From contig JBHLNT010000112.1 of assembly GCA_048941265.1 (NCBI GenBank), positions 1 to 13,712 on the forward strand: DNA of 13,712 bases. The letters run 5' to 3'. The position numbers and the translations under genes were made by a program. Below the pieces are notes generated by a model. It was not told the origin of the DNA. It was given only the letters and a program-made list of their open reading frames with translations, and did not search any database. Shown here one piece after another: positions 1-8,165 of this stretch (position 1 is the stretch's first letter; every line of letters starts with the position of its first letter). The DNA is from Promethearchaeota archaeon (GTDB lineage Archaea > Asgardarchaeota > Lokiarchaeia > Sigyniarchaeales > SOKP01).

Positions 1-38
1 CATAACATATAAAAAAAATCTTAAATTTAACCTATCTA

Positions 39-59
39 GAAAAATCTTTTTTATAAATA
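39..59 (+). promoter_or_regulatory. Putative archaeal BRE/TATA promoter of the coiled-coil gene (probably leaderless mRNA)
   Basis: GAAAAA (39-44) followed by TTTTTTATAAATA (47-59), centred about 26 nt upstream of the ATG at 79; no Shine-Dalgarno visible. Confidence 0.55.
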
Positions 60-78
60 TTCTTGAATGAATTAATTC

Positions 79-1005
79 ATGAGTAAAGATAAAACTAATA
101 AACCTCGACTTTCATATAGGGAGCTTCAAGAGAAAATAGAAGAGTTTAAAAATAAAAGGGATGACCTAAACAAGAAGACAAAAGATTATATCAATAATTT
201 ACAAGAGATAGAATCTGAAATTAACAATGCTCTAAAAACCGCACGAGATGTATATAAGAAGAAGCGAGATTATTGGAATGGTAAGGTAAAATTATTAAAA
301 AAAAAGAAAATAGAATATAAAAATATTCTTGATAAGCTTATTGAGGAAAAGAGAAAGCTTCAAAAAGAAAGATCTAGTAATAATAGGTTAAAAAGCTTTA
401 TTTCAATTAAACAGATTGATCGTAAAATCGAAAATCTAGAACGGATAATTGAAACTGAAAACTTAGACATCACCAAAGAGAATGAAATTGTTGACAAAAT
501 TAAAGAATTAGCGGAAAATAAACAAGAGCAACTGATTGCCCAACAGAATGATGGGTCATATAAAATTGAAAGGCAAATTGAAATTGTTAAAATTAATCTA
601 AATAAAATTTATGAACAACTGAATAAATGGTCAAACAAGAGTCAGAAAAATCATGCAAAAATGCAGGATTTATACCAGAAAGCCAATGAATTGAAAAACA
701 ACAAAAAGCAAATGGAAGAGGAACTCATTGAGAATAAGAAAATAGCAGATCAATACCATTTTCAGTATTTAGATGTCATGAGCCAGAAAAAGAAAATGGA
801 TAAAGGCAGAAGGCCTTATAGGCAAAAAGGTGCTAAATACCCGCCACGAAAGCAGAAACCAAAGCATCGACCGCCAAGCAAAGATAAAGAGTTAATTGAG
901 AAAATTAAACAAGATAAATTGGCTACTGCTTTAGAAAAACAAAAAGCTGGTAAAAAATTAAATTTATTTGAAGCAAGACTCATTTTAGAACAAAATAAGA
1001 GCTAA
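79..1005 (+). CDS. Archaeal coiled-coil protein (COG1340-like)
   Basis: 308 aa, almost entirely K/E/N-rich heptad sequence. It has a central motif IDRKIENLERIIETENLDITKENEIVDKIKEL and a C-terminal ALEKQKAGKKLNLFEARLIL that resembles the family's EK.K.G.KL terminus. Confidence 0.7.
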   Translation: MSKDKTNKPRLSYRELQEKIEEFKNKRDDLNKKTKDYINNLQEIESEINNALKTARDVYKKKRDYWNGKVKLLKKKKIEYKNILDKLIEEKRKLQKERSSNNRLKSFISIKQIDRKIENLERIIETENLDITKENEIVDKIKELAENKQEQLIAQQNDGSYKIERQIEIVKINLNKIYEQLNKWSNKSQKNHAKMQDLYQKANELKNNKKQMEEELIENKKIADQYHFQYLDVMSQKKKMDKGRRPYRQKGAKYPPRKQKPKHRPPSKDKELIEKIKQDKLATALEKQKAGKKLNLFEARLILEQNKS

Positions 1006-1019
1006 AATAGCTTATAGTG

Positions 1020-1070
1020 ATAAAAAAACCTCATGTATTAATAGCATATTAAAGAGATTTGTTTTTTTAT
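1020..1070. repeat. 10-bp perfect inverted repeat, possible terminator or regulatory hairpin
   Basis: ATAAAAAAAC (1020-1029) and GTTTTTTTAT (1061-1070) lie between the coiled-coil gene stop and glyA; low complexity. Confidence 0.3.
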
Positions 1071-1139
1071 TAAAAAACCTTTAATGTTAGGATATATTTC
1101 TTTATGCAATTTTCATCAATAAAACAGATATGATATACA

Positions 1140-2468
1140 TTGAGCAATAAATTATCAGAAATTCGTTCAATTTTGGAAGAACATCATAATATGATTAGCA
1201 AAGCGATACCACTCATTGCATCTGAAAATATCACTAGCCCGGCGGTAGATGAAGCATGCATTTGTGATTTTTCACATCGATATGCTGAGGGTTGGCCAGG
1301 TTCACGAGTATATGCGGGGTGTAAATACATAGATAAAATAGAGATCTTATGCCAAGATTTAATGAAAGAGTATTTTAAGTGTAATTTTGCCGATGTGAGA
1401 CCTGTATCAGGGGTTATGGCAAATCTAGTATTATATAATGCCTTTACTTCAAGAAACAATGGAAAAATGTGTGCGATGCCGATCCCTAAAGGTGGTCATA
1501 TATCTCATGCTCCTTATCAAGCATCTTCCGGGCGTTTAATCTATGGTACTGCGGGTACCGTTCGAGGTTTGGATGTTAAATATCTTGCTTTTAATGAGGA
1601 GAATATGAATATTGATCCTGATGGTTCAATAAAAATTATTAGAGAATTTAAACCTGAATTGATCTTACTCGGGGCGTCGGTTTTTCTTTTTCCTCACCCA
1701 GTAAAAGAATTAAGTGAAGTAGCAAAAGAAGTTGGGGCTTCAATTGGATATGATGGTGCACATGTAGCTGGATTAATCGGGTCTGGATATTTTCAAGATC
1801 CACTACGGGAAGGGGCAGACGCCATGTCATTATCATGTCATAAAACCCTCCCTGGACCGCAAACAGGAGCAATTATCGCTGATAGAGACGATTTAGTGGA
1901 AGATTTAAAAAATGCTGCGTTCCCTGCGCTCTTTTCAAATCATCATTTGCATAATGTGGCCGGATTAGCTGTTGCAGTTACAGAAATGCTGGAATTTGGC
2001 AAAGAGTACCATAAAAATGTTATTGAAAACGCAAAAGTATTTGCCCAAGCATTAAATGAGCGGGGATTAAAAGTTTTATGTGAACATCTAGGATTTACAG
2101 AATCACATCAAGTTGTTGTGGATATTGCAGAATTTGAAAAATCAGTAGGTTTAGGAGGAGATATAGAAAAAATTTTAGAGGAGGCAAATATAATTGTTAA
2201 CCGAAATCTTTTACCGTGGGATATAAGGGAAGGGCGACATTATATGAATCCTGGTGGTTTGCGTCTCGGTACTTCTGAAGTGACGCGGTTAGGAATGGGA
2301 AAAAGTGAAATGATAGAGATCGCGGAGTTCTTTAAAAAGGCAATAATTGACAAGCATGACCCAAAAAAAATTAGAGAAGAGGTCGCAGAGTTTAGGAAAG
2401 ATTTCAATGAAGTGAAGTACTGCTTTCAAACTCCTAATAAGGCGTATGAATATCTTAAGCTCTACTAA
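1140..2468 (+). CDS. glyA: Serine hydroxymethyltransferase, archaeal type (TTG start)
   Basis: Motifs LIASEN, YAEGWPGSRVYAGCKYID, GGHISH, YDGAH, PLP-lysine motif SCHKTLPGPQ, SNHH, FTESHQ, NRNLLPWD and GLRLGT. Confidence 0.96.
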   Translation: MSNKLSEIRSILEEHHNMISKAIPLIASENITSPAVDEACICDFSHRYAEGWPGSRVYAGCKYIDKIEILCQDLMKEYFKCNFADVRPVSGVMANLVLYNAFTSRNNGKMCAMPIPKGGHISHAPYQASSGRLIYGTAGTVRGLDVKYLAFNEENMNIDPDGSIKIIREFKPELILLGASVFLFPHPVKELSEVAKEVGASIGYDGAHVAGLIGSGYFQDPLREGADAMSLSCHKTLPGPQTGAIIADRDDLVEDLKNAAFPALFSNHHLHNVAGLAVAVTEMLEFGKEYHKNVIENAKVFAQALNERGLKVLCEHLGFTESHQVVVDIAEFEKSVGLGGDIEKILEEANIIVNRNLLPWDIREGRHYMNPGGLRLGTSEVTRLGMGKSEMIEIAEFFKKAIIDKHDPKKIREEVAEFRKDFNEVKYCFQTPNKAYEYLKLY

Positions 2469-2558
2469 TTCTACTTAGAAAATTTAAAATTTTTTAGTAA
2501 AACTTATTTTTTAGTGTGTATTTTAGTAAACATTCAAACCATTAAAATTTTAAATTTT

Positions 2559-3383
2559 ATGAACATCGAAGTACTTGAAAAAAACGATCACAAACTTGTT
2601 TTTGTCGTTAGCGGGATTTCACTAGAAATGCTAAATGCCATAAGAAGAATTATCATGACAGAGATTCCTGTAATGGCAATTGATGAGGTTATAATTTTAA
2701 AGAACGACTCTCCTCTCTATGATGAGATTGTCGCACATAGATTAGGACTGATTCCTTTAAAAACAAATTTAGATAATTATAATATGCCTCGGGATTGCGA
2801 GTGTGGGGGATATGGGTGCGCCCTTTGTCAAGTATCTTTAACCTGTGAAATTACAAATACCACCAATAAACCATTGGTTATAAACTCGGGTGATTTAAAA
2901 TCTAATGATCCCGATATCATACCAGTTCACAGTGAAATTCCTATCCTGAAGATAGATAAAAATTCAAAAGTGATTATAGAAGCATATGCGATTCTCGGAA
3001 CTGGAAAAGATCATGCAAAATTTTCAGCAGTATCGAATTGTGCATATAGATTTTATCCAGTAATCGAAATTGATGAATCAAAACTGACTGATTCAGAAGA
3101 GCAAACCACTATTGTAAAAATGTGTCCAGAACAATTATTTGAAATATCCAATAAGAAGCTCAAATTAAAGGAAAATTATTGGAGAACGTGCACTTTATGC
3201 AAATCCTGTGAGGAAAATTCCAGTGGTAAAATCCAGGTTAGTTGGAAGGAAAGTACTTATATTTTTACGCTTGAAAGCGATGGAGTACTTCCTTTCGATG
3301 TATTAATTAAAAAAACATTTGAAATATTTTTAGATAAAATTTCAGAATTTAATGAAAAACTAGAAGAGATTGAAATCTCTTAA
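2559..3383 (+). CDS. rpoD: DNA-directed RNA polymerase subunit D (Rpo3, RPB3 homologue)
   Basis: Motifs NAIRRIIMTEIPVMAIDEV, NDSPLYDEIVAHRLGLIPL, GTGKDHAKF and FTLESDG. The ATG at 2559 (MNIEVLEK) is preferred over the GTG at 2514 because it matches the usual Rpo3 N-terminus. Confidence 0.96.
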   Translation: MNIEVLEKNDHKLVFVVSGISLEMLNAIRRIIMTEIPVMAIDEVIILKNDSPLYDEIVAHRLGLIPLKTNLDNYNMPRDCECGGYGCALCQVSLTCEITNTTNKPLVINSGDLKSNDPDIIPVHSEIPILKIDKNSKVIIEAYAILGTGKDHAKFSAVSNCAYRFYPVIEIDESKLTDSEEQTTIVKMCPEQLFEISNKKLKLKENYWRTCTLCKSCEENSSGKIQVSWKESTYIFTLESDGVLPFDVLIKKTFEIFLDKISEFNEKLEEIEIS

Positions 3384-3391
3384 AAGAATAT

Positions 3392-3405
3392 AAAAAATTT
3401 ATTAA
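3392..3405 (+). promoter_or_regulatory. Putative internal BRE/TATA promoter for rpl18e
   Basis: AAAAAA followed by TTTATTAA (3398-3405), ending 26 nt before the ATG at 3431. Confidence 0.45.
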
Positions 3406-3430
3406 ATTATCTTTTATTCAAAGAATTAAA

Positions 3431-3787
3431 ATGTCGCATAAAATTACTGGACCTTCAGATTATTACGTACGCAGGCTGATACGAGATTTATGGAAAACAA
3501 AAAGAAGATTATGGAGAAAGGTCTCGAAAAAATTATCAGGTCCGCGAAAAAATCGAATTGAGGCTAATTTGTATAGGATTAATAAGAAAACCAAAAATAA
3601 TGACGTTATAGTAGTTCCGGGAAAGATTTTAGGAATCGGAGATTTGGACCATAAACTCACTATAGCATGCTTGAATTCCTCAAAGTCAGCTCAAAAGAAA
3701 ATTGAAGCTTCTGGTAGCAAACTTATTTCGATTGATCAATTATTAGAACAAAATCCTCAAGGGGACAAAGTTAAGATATTTTACTAA
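3431..3787 (+). CDS. rpl18e: 50S ribosomal protein L18e (eL18)
   Basis: Motifs LWRKVSKKLSGPRKNRIEANLYRI, VIVVPGKILGIG and SKSAQKKIEASG; canonical position after rpoD. Confidence 0.95.
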   Translation: MSHKITGPSDYYVRRLIRDLWKTKRRLWRKVSKKLSGPRKNRIEANLYRINKKTKNNDVIVVPGKILGIGDLDHKLTIACLNSSKSAQKKIEASGSKLISIDQLLEQNPQGDKVKIFY

Positions 3788-3821
3788 AAATAAATTAAGT
3801 ATCAAAAAGAGCGTTAAATTT

Positions 3822-4292
3822 ATGCTAGAATATCAATTATTAGATGCTAAAAATAAAATTTTAGGTCGTTTTTGCAGTCAAGTTGCTAAAAAGGCTCTTT
3901 TAGGGGAACATATAGTTATCATTAATGCAAAAGATGCCATCATAAGTGGGACAAAAGGTAATATTCATGATAAATATTTATCGAAACTTAATATCAGTAC
4001 AGCTACTAATCCCCGGAGAGGGCCGTTTTGGCCAAGAAGACCTGATACCTTAATGAGAAATGTTATTAAAAAGATGCTGCCTAGAAAAAAATTACGAGGC
4101 AAAGAAGCTTTACAGCGAATTCATGTCTATATTGAAGATATTCCTGAACGCTTTAAACATAGATACAAGAATTTATCTCCAAGTGAGATCAATAATGCAG
4201 ACAAAACACGTTTGTCATTTTATAACAAATTTATTACGCTGGAGAATTTATGTCTTAGAATTGGGTGGAAAAAAAGGGAAATTGAGGCGTAG
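3822..4292 (+). CDS. rpl13: 50S ribosomal protein L13 (uL13)
   Basis: Motifs DAKNKILGRFCSQVAKKALLGE, NPRRGPFWPRRPD and MLPRKKLRGKEALQR; canonical position between rpl18e and rps9. Confidence 0.96.
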   Translation: MLEYQLLDAKNKILGRFCSQVAKKALLGEHIVIINAKDAIISGTKGNIHDKYLSKLNISTATNPRRGPFWPRRPDTLMRNVIKKMLPRKKLRGKEALQRIHVYIEDIPERFKHRYKNLSPSEINNADKTRLSFYNKFITLENLCLRIGWKKREIEA

Positions 4293-4296
4293 GTAA

Positions 4297-4713
4297 ATGT
4301 CTGAAAAAATGAAACATGTACAGTCATCGGGAAAAAGAAAAAGTGCTATAGCAAGAGCAGTTTTAAAATATCCTGCCAAGGGCCAAATAAAGATAAATAA
4401 TATTCCCTTAGATTTATATGAACCAGAGGTAGCAAGATTCAGAATACAAGAAGTCTTAGAGGTTGGCGATCATCCAAAGCTAGAAAAATGTGATATCAAA
4501 GTACGAGTTAAAGGCGGTGGGATAATGGGACAAACTGATGCCGTAAGAATCGCTATTGCCAAGATTATAAATAAATTCATAGGAACAAAAAATATCGAAA
4601 AAGCTTTTAGAGAATATGATGATCATCTTTTAAGTGGAGACTCAAGAAGAACTGAGCCCAAGAAGTTTGGGGGCAAAAAAGCTCGAGCCAGACGTCAAAA
4701 GTCCTTTCGTTAA
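4297..4713 (+). CDS. rps9: 30S ribosomal protein S9 (uS9)
   Basis: Motifs GKRKSAIARA, VKGGGIMGQTDAVRIAIA and DSRRTEPKKFGGKKARARRQKSFR. Confidence 0.97.
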   Translation: MSEKMKHVQSSGKRKSAIARAVLKYPAKGQIKINNIPLDLYEPEVARFRIQEVLEVGDHPKLEKCDIKVRVKGGGIMGQTDAVRIAIAKIINKFIGTKNIEKAFREYDDHLLSGDSRRTEPKKFGGKKARARRQKSFR

Positions 4714-4733
4714 GATACCAATATGCTTTATAA

Positions 4734-4773
4734 AAATTTTAATTATCTTATTTTTAAAATTTGTAATCTTTTT
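4734..4773. terminator. Possible bidirectional terminator between convergent rps9 and aroA
   Basis: 9-bp inverted repeat AAATTTTAA (4734-4742) / TTAAAATTT (4754-4762) plus T-rich tracts in a 65-nt convergent gap. Confidence 0.3.
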
Positions 4774-4778
4774 ATGAG

Positions 4779-6107
4779 TTATTTTATTATCTCGATATTT
4801 GCACCGAGATTTAGTAAATCCTCAATAAAATTAGGATAAGAATCATTTATAATTTCTATATTTTGCATTGTTGAGTGATTTGTTGAATATATTGCAGCTA
4901 TAACACATGCCATTGCTATTCTATGATCATTTTCATGATCTATTTCAGATCCATTCACACTACTATGATAGACTGTAATTTTGTCTTCTTCCTCATCAAT
5001 TTTGACACCCATCTTGGTAAGTTCTCTTACCATAACAGAAATTCTATCAGACTCTTTACGTCGTAAATTCGACGCATTAAAGAGGGTGGTCTTTCCCTCA
5101 GCAAACGCACCGATTACACATAGTAGAGGAAACAAATCGGGAATTTCTATGCAATCAATATCAATCCCGTACAAATGATATTTGGTAATATTGCCTTTAA
5201 TAGCTACTTGATTTTGTTTCTGATTGATTTGAATATTTGCCCCCATTTTTTGGAGAATTTCAATTATTTTTTTATCTCCCTGAGGATTCTTGGTGTTTAG
5301 ATTATTAATTATCACTGTAGAATCCTGAGGAGCTAATGCGGCAGCGGCTATAATAAATGCTGCCGATGAGAAATCTCCGGGAATTTCATAAACTTGTGGT
5401 CTATATTTCTGGCCACAGGGGATATAATATTTTCCTTTCTTTTCATTATCAAGATCTTCTAAAACATGTATCCCGAATGAAGAGAGAACGTCCATAGTAA
5501 TTTCAATATAGGGATGGGAAACTAAAGGAGTTGTTAGCTCGATTTCAATCCCATCTTTATAATCACATTTTAAATAAGTGCTAATAAACAATAATGCGGT
5601 AATAAATTGAGAACTAATATCTCCTTGAATTTTGACTATATCACATTTATTACTTATTCTTTTAACTTGTAGTTGGTCCATTTCTAAGCTATAATCTCCA
5701 CCAAGATATTTCAAGCTCTCTAATAAAGGGCGAATTGGGCGATTTCTTTTTAAAAATTCTCCTGTAAAAGTTAAACCATCCTTAACCAAAAGACTTAAAG
5801 CACTAAAAATTCTAATTGAGGTTCCTGAGTTTTTACAATCTATAATCTGTTTATAAGAATCAAAGGAATCACTTTTCTTTTCCACGATATACGTATGTTT
5901 TGATTCTTCTAAAATTCTTACTCCTAATAATTTTAAAATTTCAATAGTTATTTTTACATCTCCGGAAGTTAGAGGATTTTTAATCACTGATACACCATCA
6001 GCAAGACTAGCGGCGATAAATGCTCTATGAGAATAGCTCTTAGAGGGAGATGCTTTTATTGCACCAATTAAACTTTTTAAAGGAGTTATTTTTATTGAAG
6101 TCATCAC
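4779..6107 (-). CDS. aroA: 3-phosphoshikimate 1-carboxyvinyltransferase (EPSP synthase)
   Basis: Motifs SKSYSHRA, NSGTSIR, SSQFITALL, GDFSSAAF, LRRKESDRI, DHRIAMA and SYPNF. The start is either GTG at 6107 or the adjacent ATG at 6104. Confidence 0.96.
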   Translation of the reverse strand: MMTSIKITPLKSLIGAIKASPSKSYSHRAFIAASLADGVSVIKNPLTSGDVKITIEILKLLGVRILEESKHTYIVEKKSDSFDSYKQIIDCKNSGTSIRIFSALSLLVKDGLTFTGEFLKRNRPIRPLLESLKYLGGDYSLEMDQLQVKRISNKCDIVKIQGDISSQFITALLFISTYLKCDYKDGIEIELTTPLVSHPYIEITMDVLSSFGIHVLEDLDNEKKGKYYIPCGQKYRPQVYEIPGDFSSAAFIIAAAALAPQDSTVIINNLNTKNPQGDKKIIEILQKMGANIQINQKQNQVAIKGNITKYHLYGIDIDCIEIPDLFPLLCVIGAFAEGKTTLFNASNLRRKESDRISVMVRELTKMGVKIDEEEDKITVYHSSVNGSEIDHENDHRIAMACVIAAIYSTNHSTMQNIEIINDSYPNFIEDLLNLGANIEIIK

Positions 6108-6258
6108 ATAAATATTAGAAAAATTGAGATTTATTTTTAATTAAAGTTTGAAATTATTGAAGTGTAGCTTTTATTTGAAATACTCTTCTTTTTTAAACTA
6201 GTAGAATTCATCGAGTAAGGAATAGACTAATAAGGATTTAATATTAATTAACCTTTAA

Positions 6259-6289
6259 TTTTGACATTTTTGACGTATAACTTTATTAA
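6259..6289 (+). promoter_or_regulatory. Putative TATA box of the hydrolase gene with an upstream tandem TTTTGAC repeat
   Basis: TTTTGAC at 6259-6265 and 6268-6274, then TTTATTAA at 6282-6289, ending 24 nt before the ATG at 6313. Confidence 0.4.
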
Positions 6290-6312
6290 GAATATACCTA
6301 TGAAATAATGCA

Positions 6313-8064
6313 ATGCCCTTAGGTATAAAAAAAATAAGTCGAAGATCACTTATTCTAATAACGCCTATAATTTTATTAGGGACATTTTCATCCCTTTTAA
6401 TTGTAAATAGAAGTCAGGGATATTTATATTATGAAAGAATTGAATTTGATTATAATCATACAAAATTCCACGCTAATTTATATTATCCTACCAAAAAGAT
6501 TGATTTTCAGGATAAACATCCCTTAATAATTTATATTCATGGATTTAGCGGACAAAAAGACAGGGATTCGCGTATTCCTTTAGAATTGACAAAAAGAGGA
6601 TTTTATGTTGTGTGTGTTGATATGCCTGGCCATGGAGAAAGTGCGAATTCAGATTTATTAGCTATTGACGAGGATGGTGAGTTTGTAGCCACTCAAATAT
6701 GTTCAAAATTATTAGATAAGATTGAAAAGTTAGATATGTATTCTCAGATTGATGAAGGCCAAATAGCGTTATTGGGATTTTCTTATGGAGGGTATGTTGC
6801 GCTTATGAATGGCCTTTATGATGATCGGTTCACAGTAATTGTAACATGGGCCGGAGTAGCTGATGTAACACCACCTTATAAAGGAGTTGATATAAGTGAT
6901 AGAAAAAAGGACTTACTCCATGAAAACAACCCTGTAGAAGTAATGAATAACGGTTCAAAACAGCCGGACAACTTATTACTCATAGTTCATAAGGAAGACT
7001 ATTGGTATAAGTATAATAAAAGATTACACGAATTAACTGATTGTAAATGGGAAGTCTTGACATATCCGGTGAGTGGGGTAAGTGAAGCACACCTTCTTTT
7101 ACGTAACACTGTGATGGTTAAAACAATTGCTTGGTTTGAGGTTAAATTCTTCGATTCAACATCTAAAAACGGACCAATTGAGCTCTCTTATCAATATGAT
7201 TACCTTTTAATCTTTTTGACAATGGTAGCGATGTGTTTCACTGTATTTTCATTAATGATTTATTTCTCAACATATTTTCTGAAAAAAGAAGGATCTAATC
7301 ATGCACGATCCCCTCCCCAAAAAACTGTTAGAGCAAAAACCAAAACATCAGAAATTTCAGCAATTTCGGTTAGAATTAGACATATCCTAGTACCTTGTTT
7401 AATTATCTTTTTATTCGTAGGAATTTGGATTTTAAGTTCCTTGCTACTTGGAATATCAGGATATTTGATCGCATCAGGCCTAATTATTTTAATTTACGGG
7501 CTGTTTCTTAGAAAAATAAATCGTGGAAGGGAACCTATGCGGGAGAGGAAATTGAACCTTAAATATCGAATATCCTCATATTTCAAATCAGAGTCCACTA
7601 AAAGGGCTTTAGGATACGCAATCTTTTGTTCTGCTATTTTTCTAGCATTATATTATACTTTTGCCCTATTTTACTCATTTTATCTGGTGTACCCCCATAG
7701 CTTTCTTGCGCTTGCTCTGGCAATGATGTATATTCCATTATATTTATCAACAGAAATATTTTACAGAAAAATGCTATATCCATCATTAGAATTTATAGAA
7801 TCAAAAAAAAAGCGCACGATAATTATTACTATTATTACTGTATTCGTTCAAATTTTTTTAATGCTTCTTATGTTATCATTTTTATCATTGCCAATTTTAA
7901 TTGCCACTTATTTCGCGTTTATGATATCTTCACTTATGAACGGAATTATATATCATAAAACGGAGAATTTAGGGGCAGTATTTTTAAATTCATTTATAAT
8001 TTTAAGCATATTTTATGGTGCTACTTGGTCGTTCATATTAAATTTGGTTTTAATATTAAGTTAA
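6313..8064 (+). CDS. Membrane-anchored alpha/beta-fold serine hydrolase with a multi-TM C-terminal domain
   Basis: N-terminal hydrophobic anchor; oxyanion motif YIHGFSG; VDMPGHGES; nucleophile elbow GFSYGG (Ser157); candidate Asp (HKED) and His (EAHL); about 8 hydrophobic segments in the C-terminal half. Confidence 0.85.
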   Translation: MPLGIKKISRRSLILITPIILLGTFSSLLIVNRSQGYLYYERIEFDYNHTKFHANLYYPTKKIDFQDKHPLIIYIHGFSGQKDRDSRIPLELTKRGFYVVCVDMPGHGESANSDLLAIDEDGEFVATQICSKLLDKIEKLDMYSQIDEGQIALLGFSYGGYVALMNGLYDDRFTVIVTWAGVADVTPPYKGVDISDRKKDLLHENNPVEVMNNGSKQPDNLLLIVHKEDYWYKYNKRLHELTDCKWEVLTYPVSGVSEAHLLLRNTVMVKTIAWFEVKFFDSTSKNGPIELSYQYDYLLIFLTMVAMCFTVFSLMIYFSTYFLKKEGSNHARSPPQKTVRAKTKTSEISAISVRIRHILVPCLIIFLFVGIWILSSLLLGISGYLIASGLIILIYGLFLRKINRGREPMRERKLNLKYRISSYFKSESTKRALGYAIFCSAIFLALYYTFALFYSFYLVYPHSFLALALAMMYIPLYLSTEIFYRKMLYPSLEFIESKKKRTIIITIITVFVQIFLMLLMLSFLSLPILIATYFAFMISSLMNGIIYHKTENLGAVFLNSFIILSIFYGATWSFILNLVLILS

Positions 8065-8165
8065 TAGATTTTACTTTAGACTTTATATTGTTTACTCTTC
8101 TTTTAATCCAATAGTAATTGTATGGATTTTCATGATTTCTTCTATTACATGTCAATAAATTAATT

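Noticed and set aside
2514-2558. 15-aa N-terminal extension of RpoD from GTG 2514
   Set aside because: It is AT-rich, intergenic-like sequence, and the ATG at 2559 gives the typical Rpo3 N-terminus.
3384-3430. Possible tRNA between rpoD and rpl18e, as found in some archaea
   Set aside because: The gap is only 47 nt and almost purely A/T, with no cloverleaf.
4696-4713. uS9 ends QKSFR rather than the common archaeal/eukaryotic QKSYR
   Set aside because: This is a conservative substitution, and the terminal Arg is retained.
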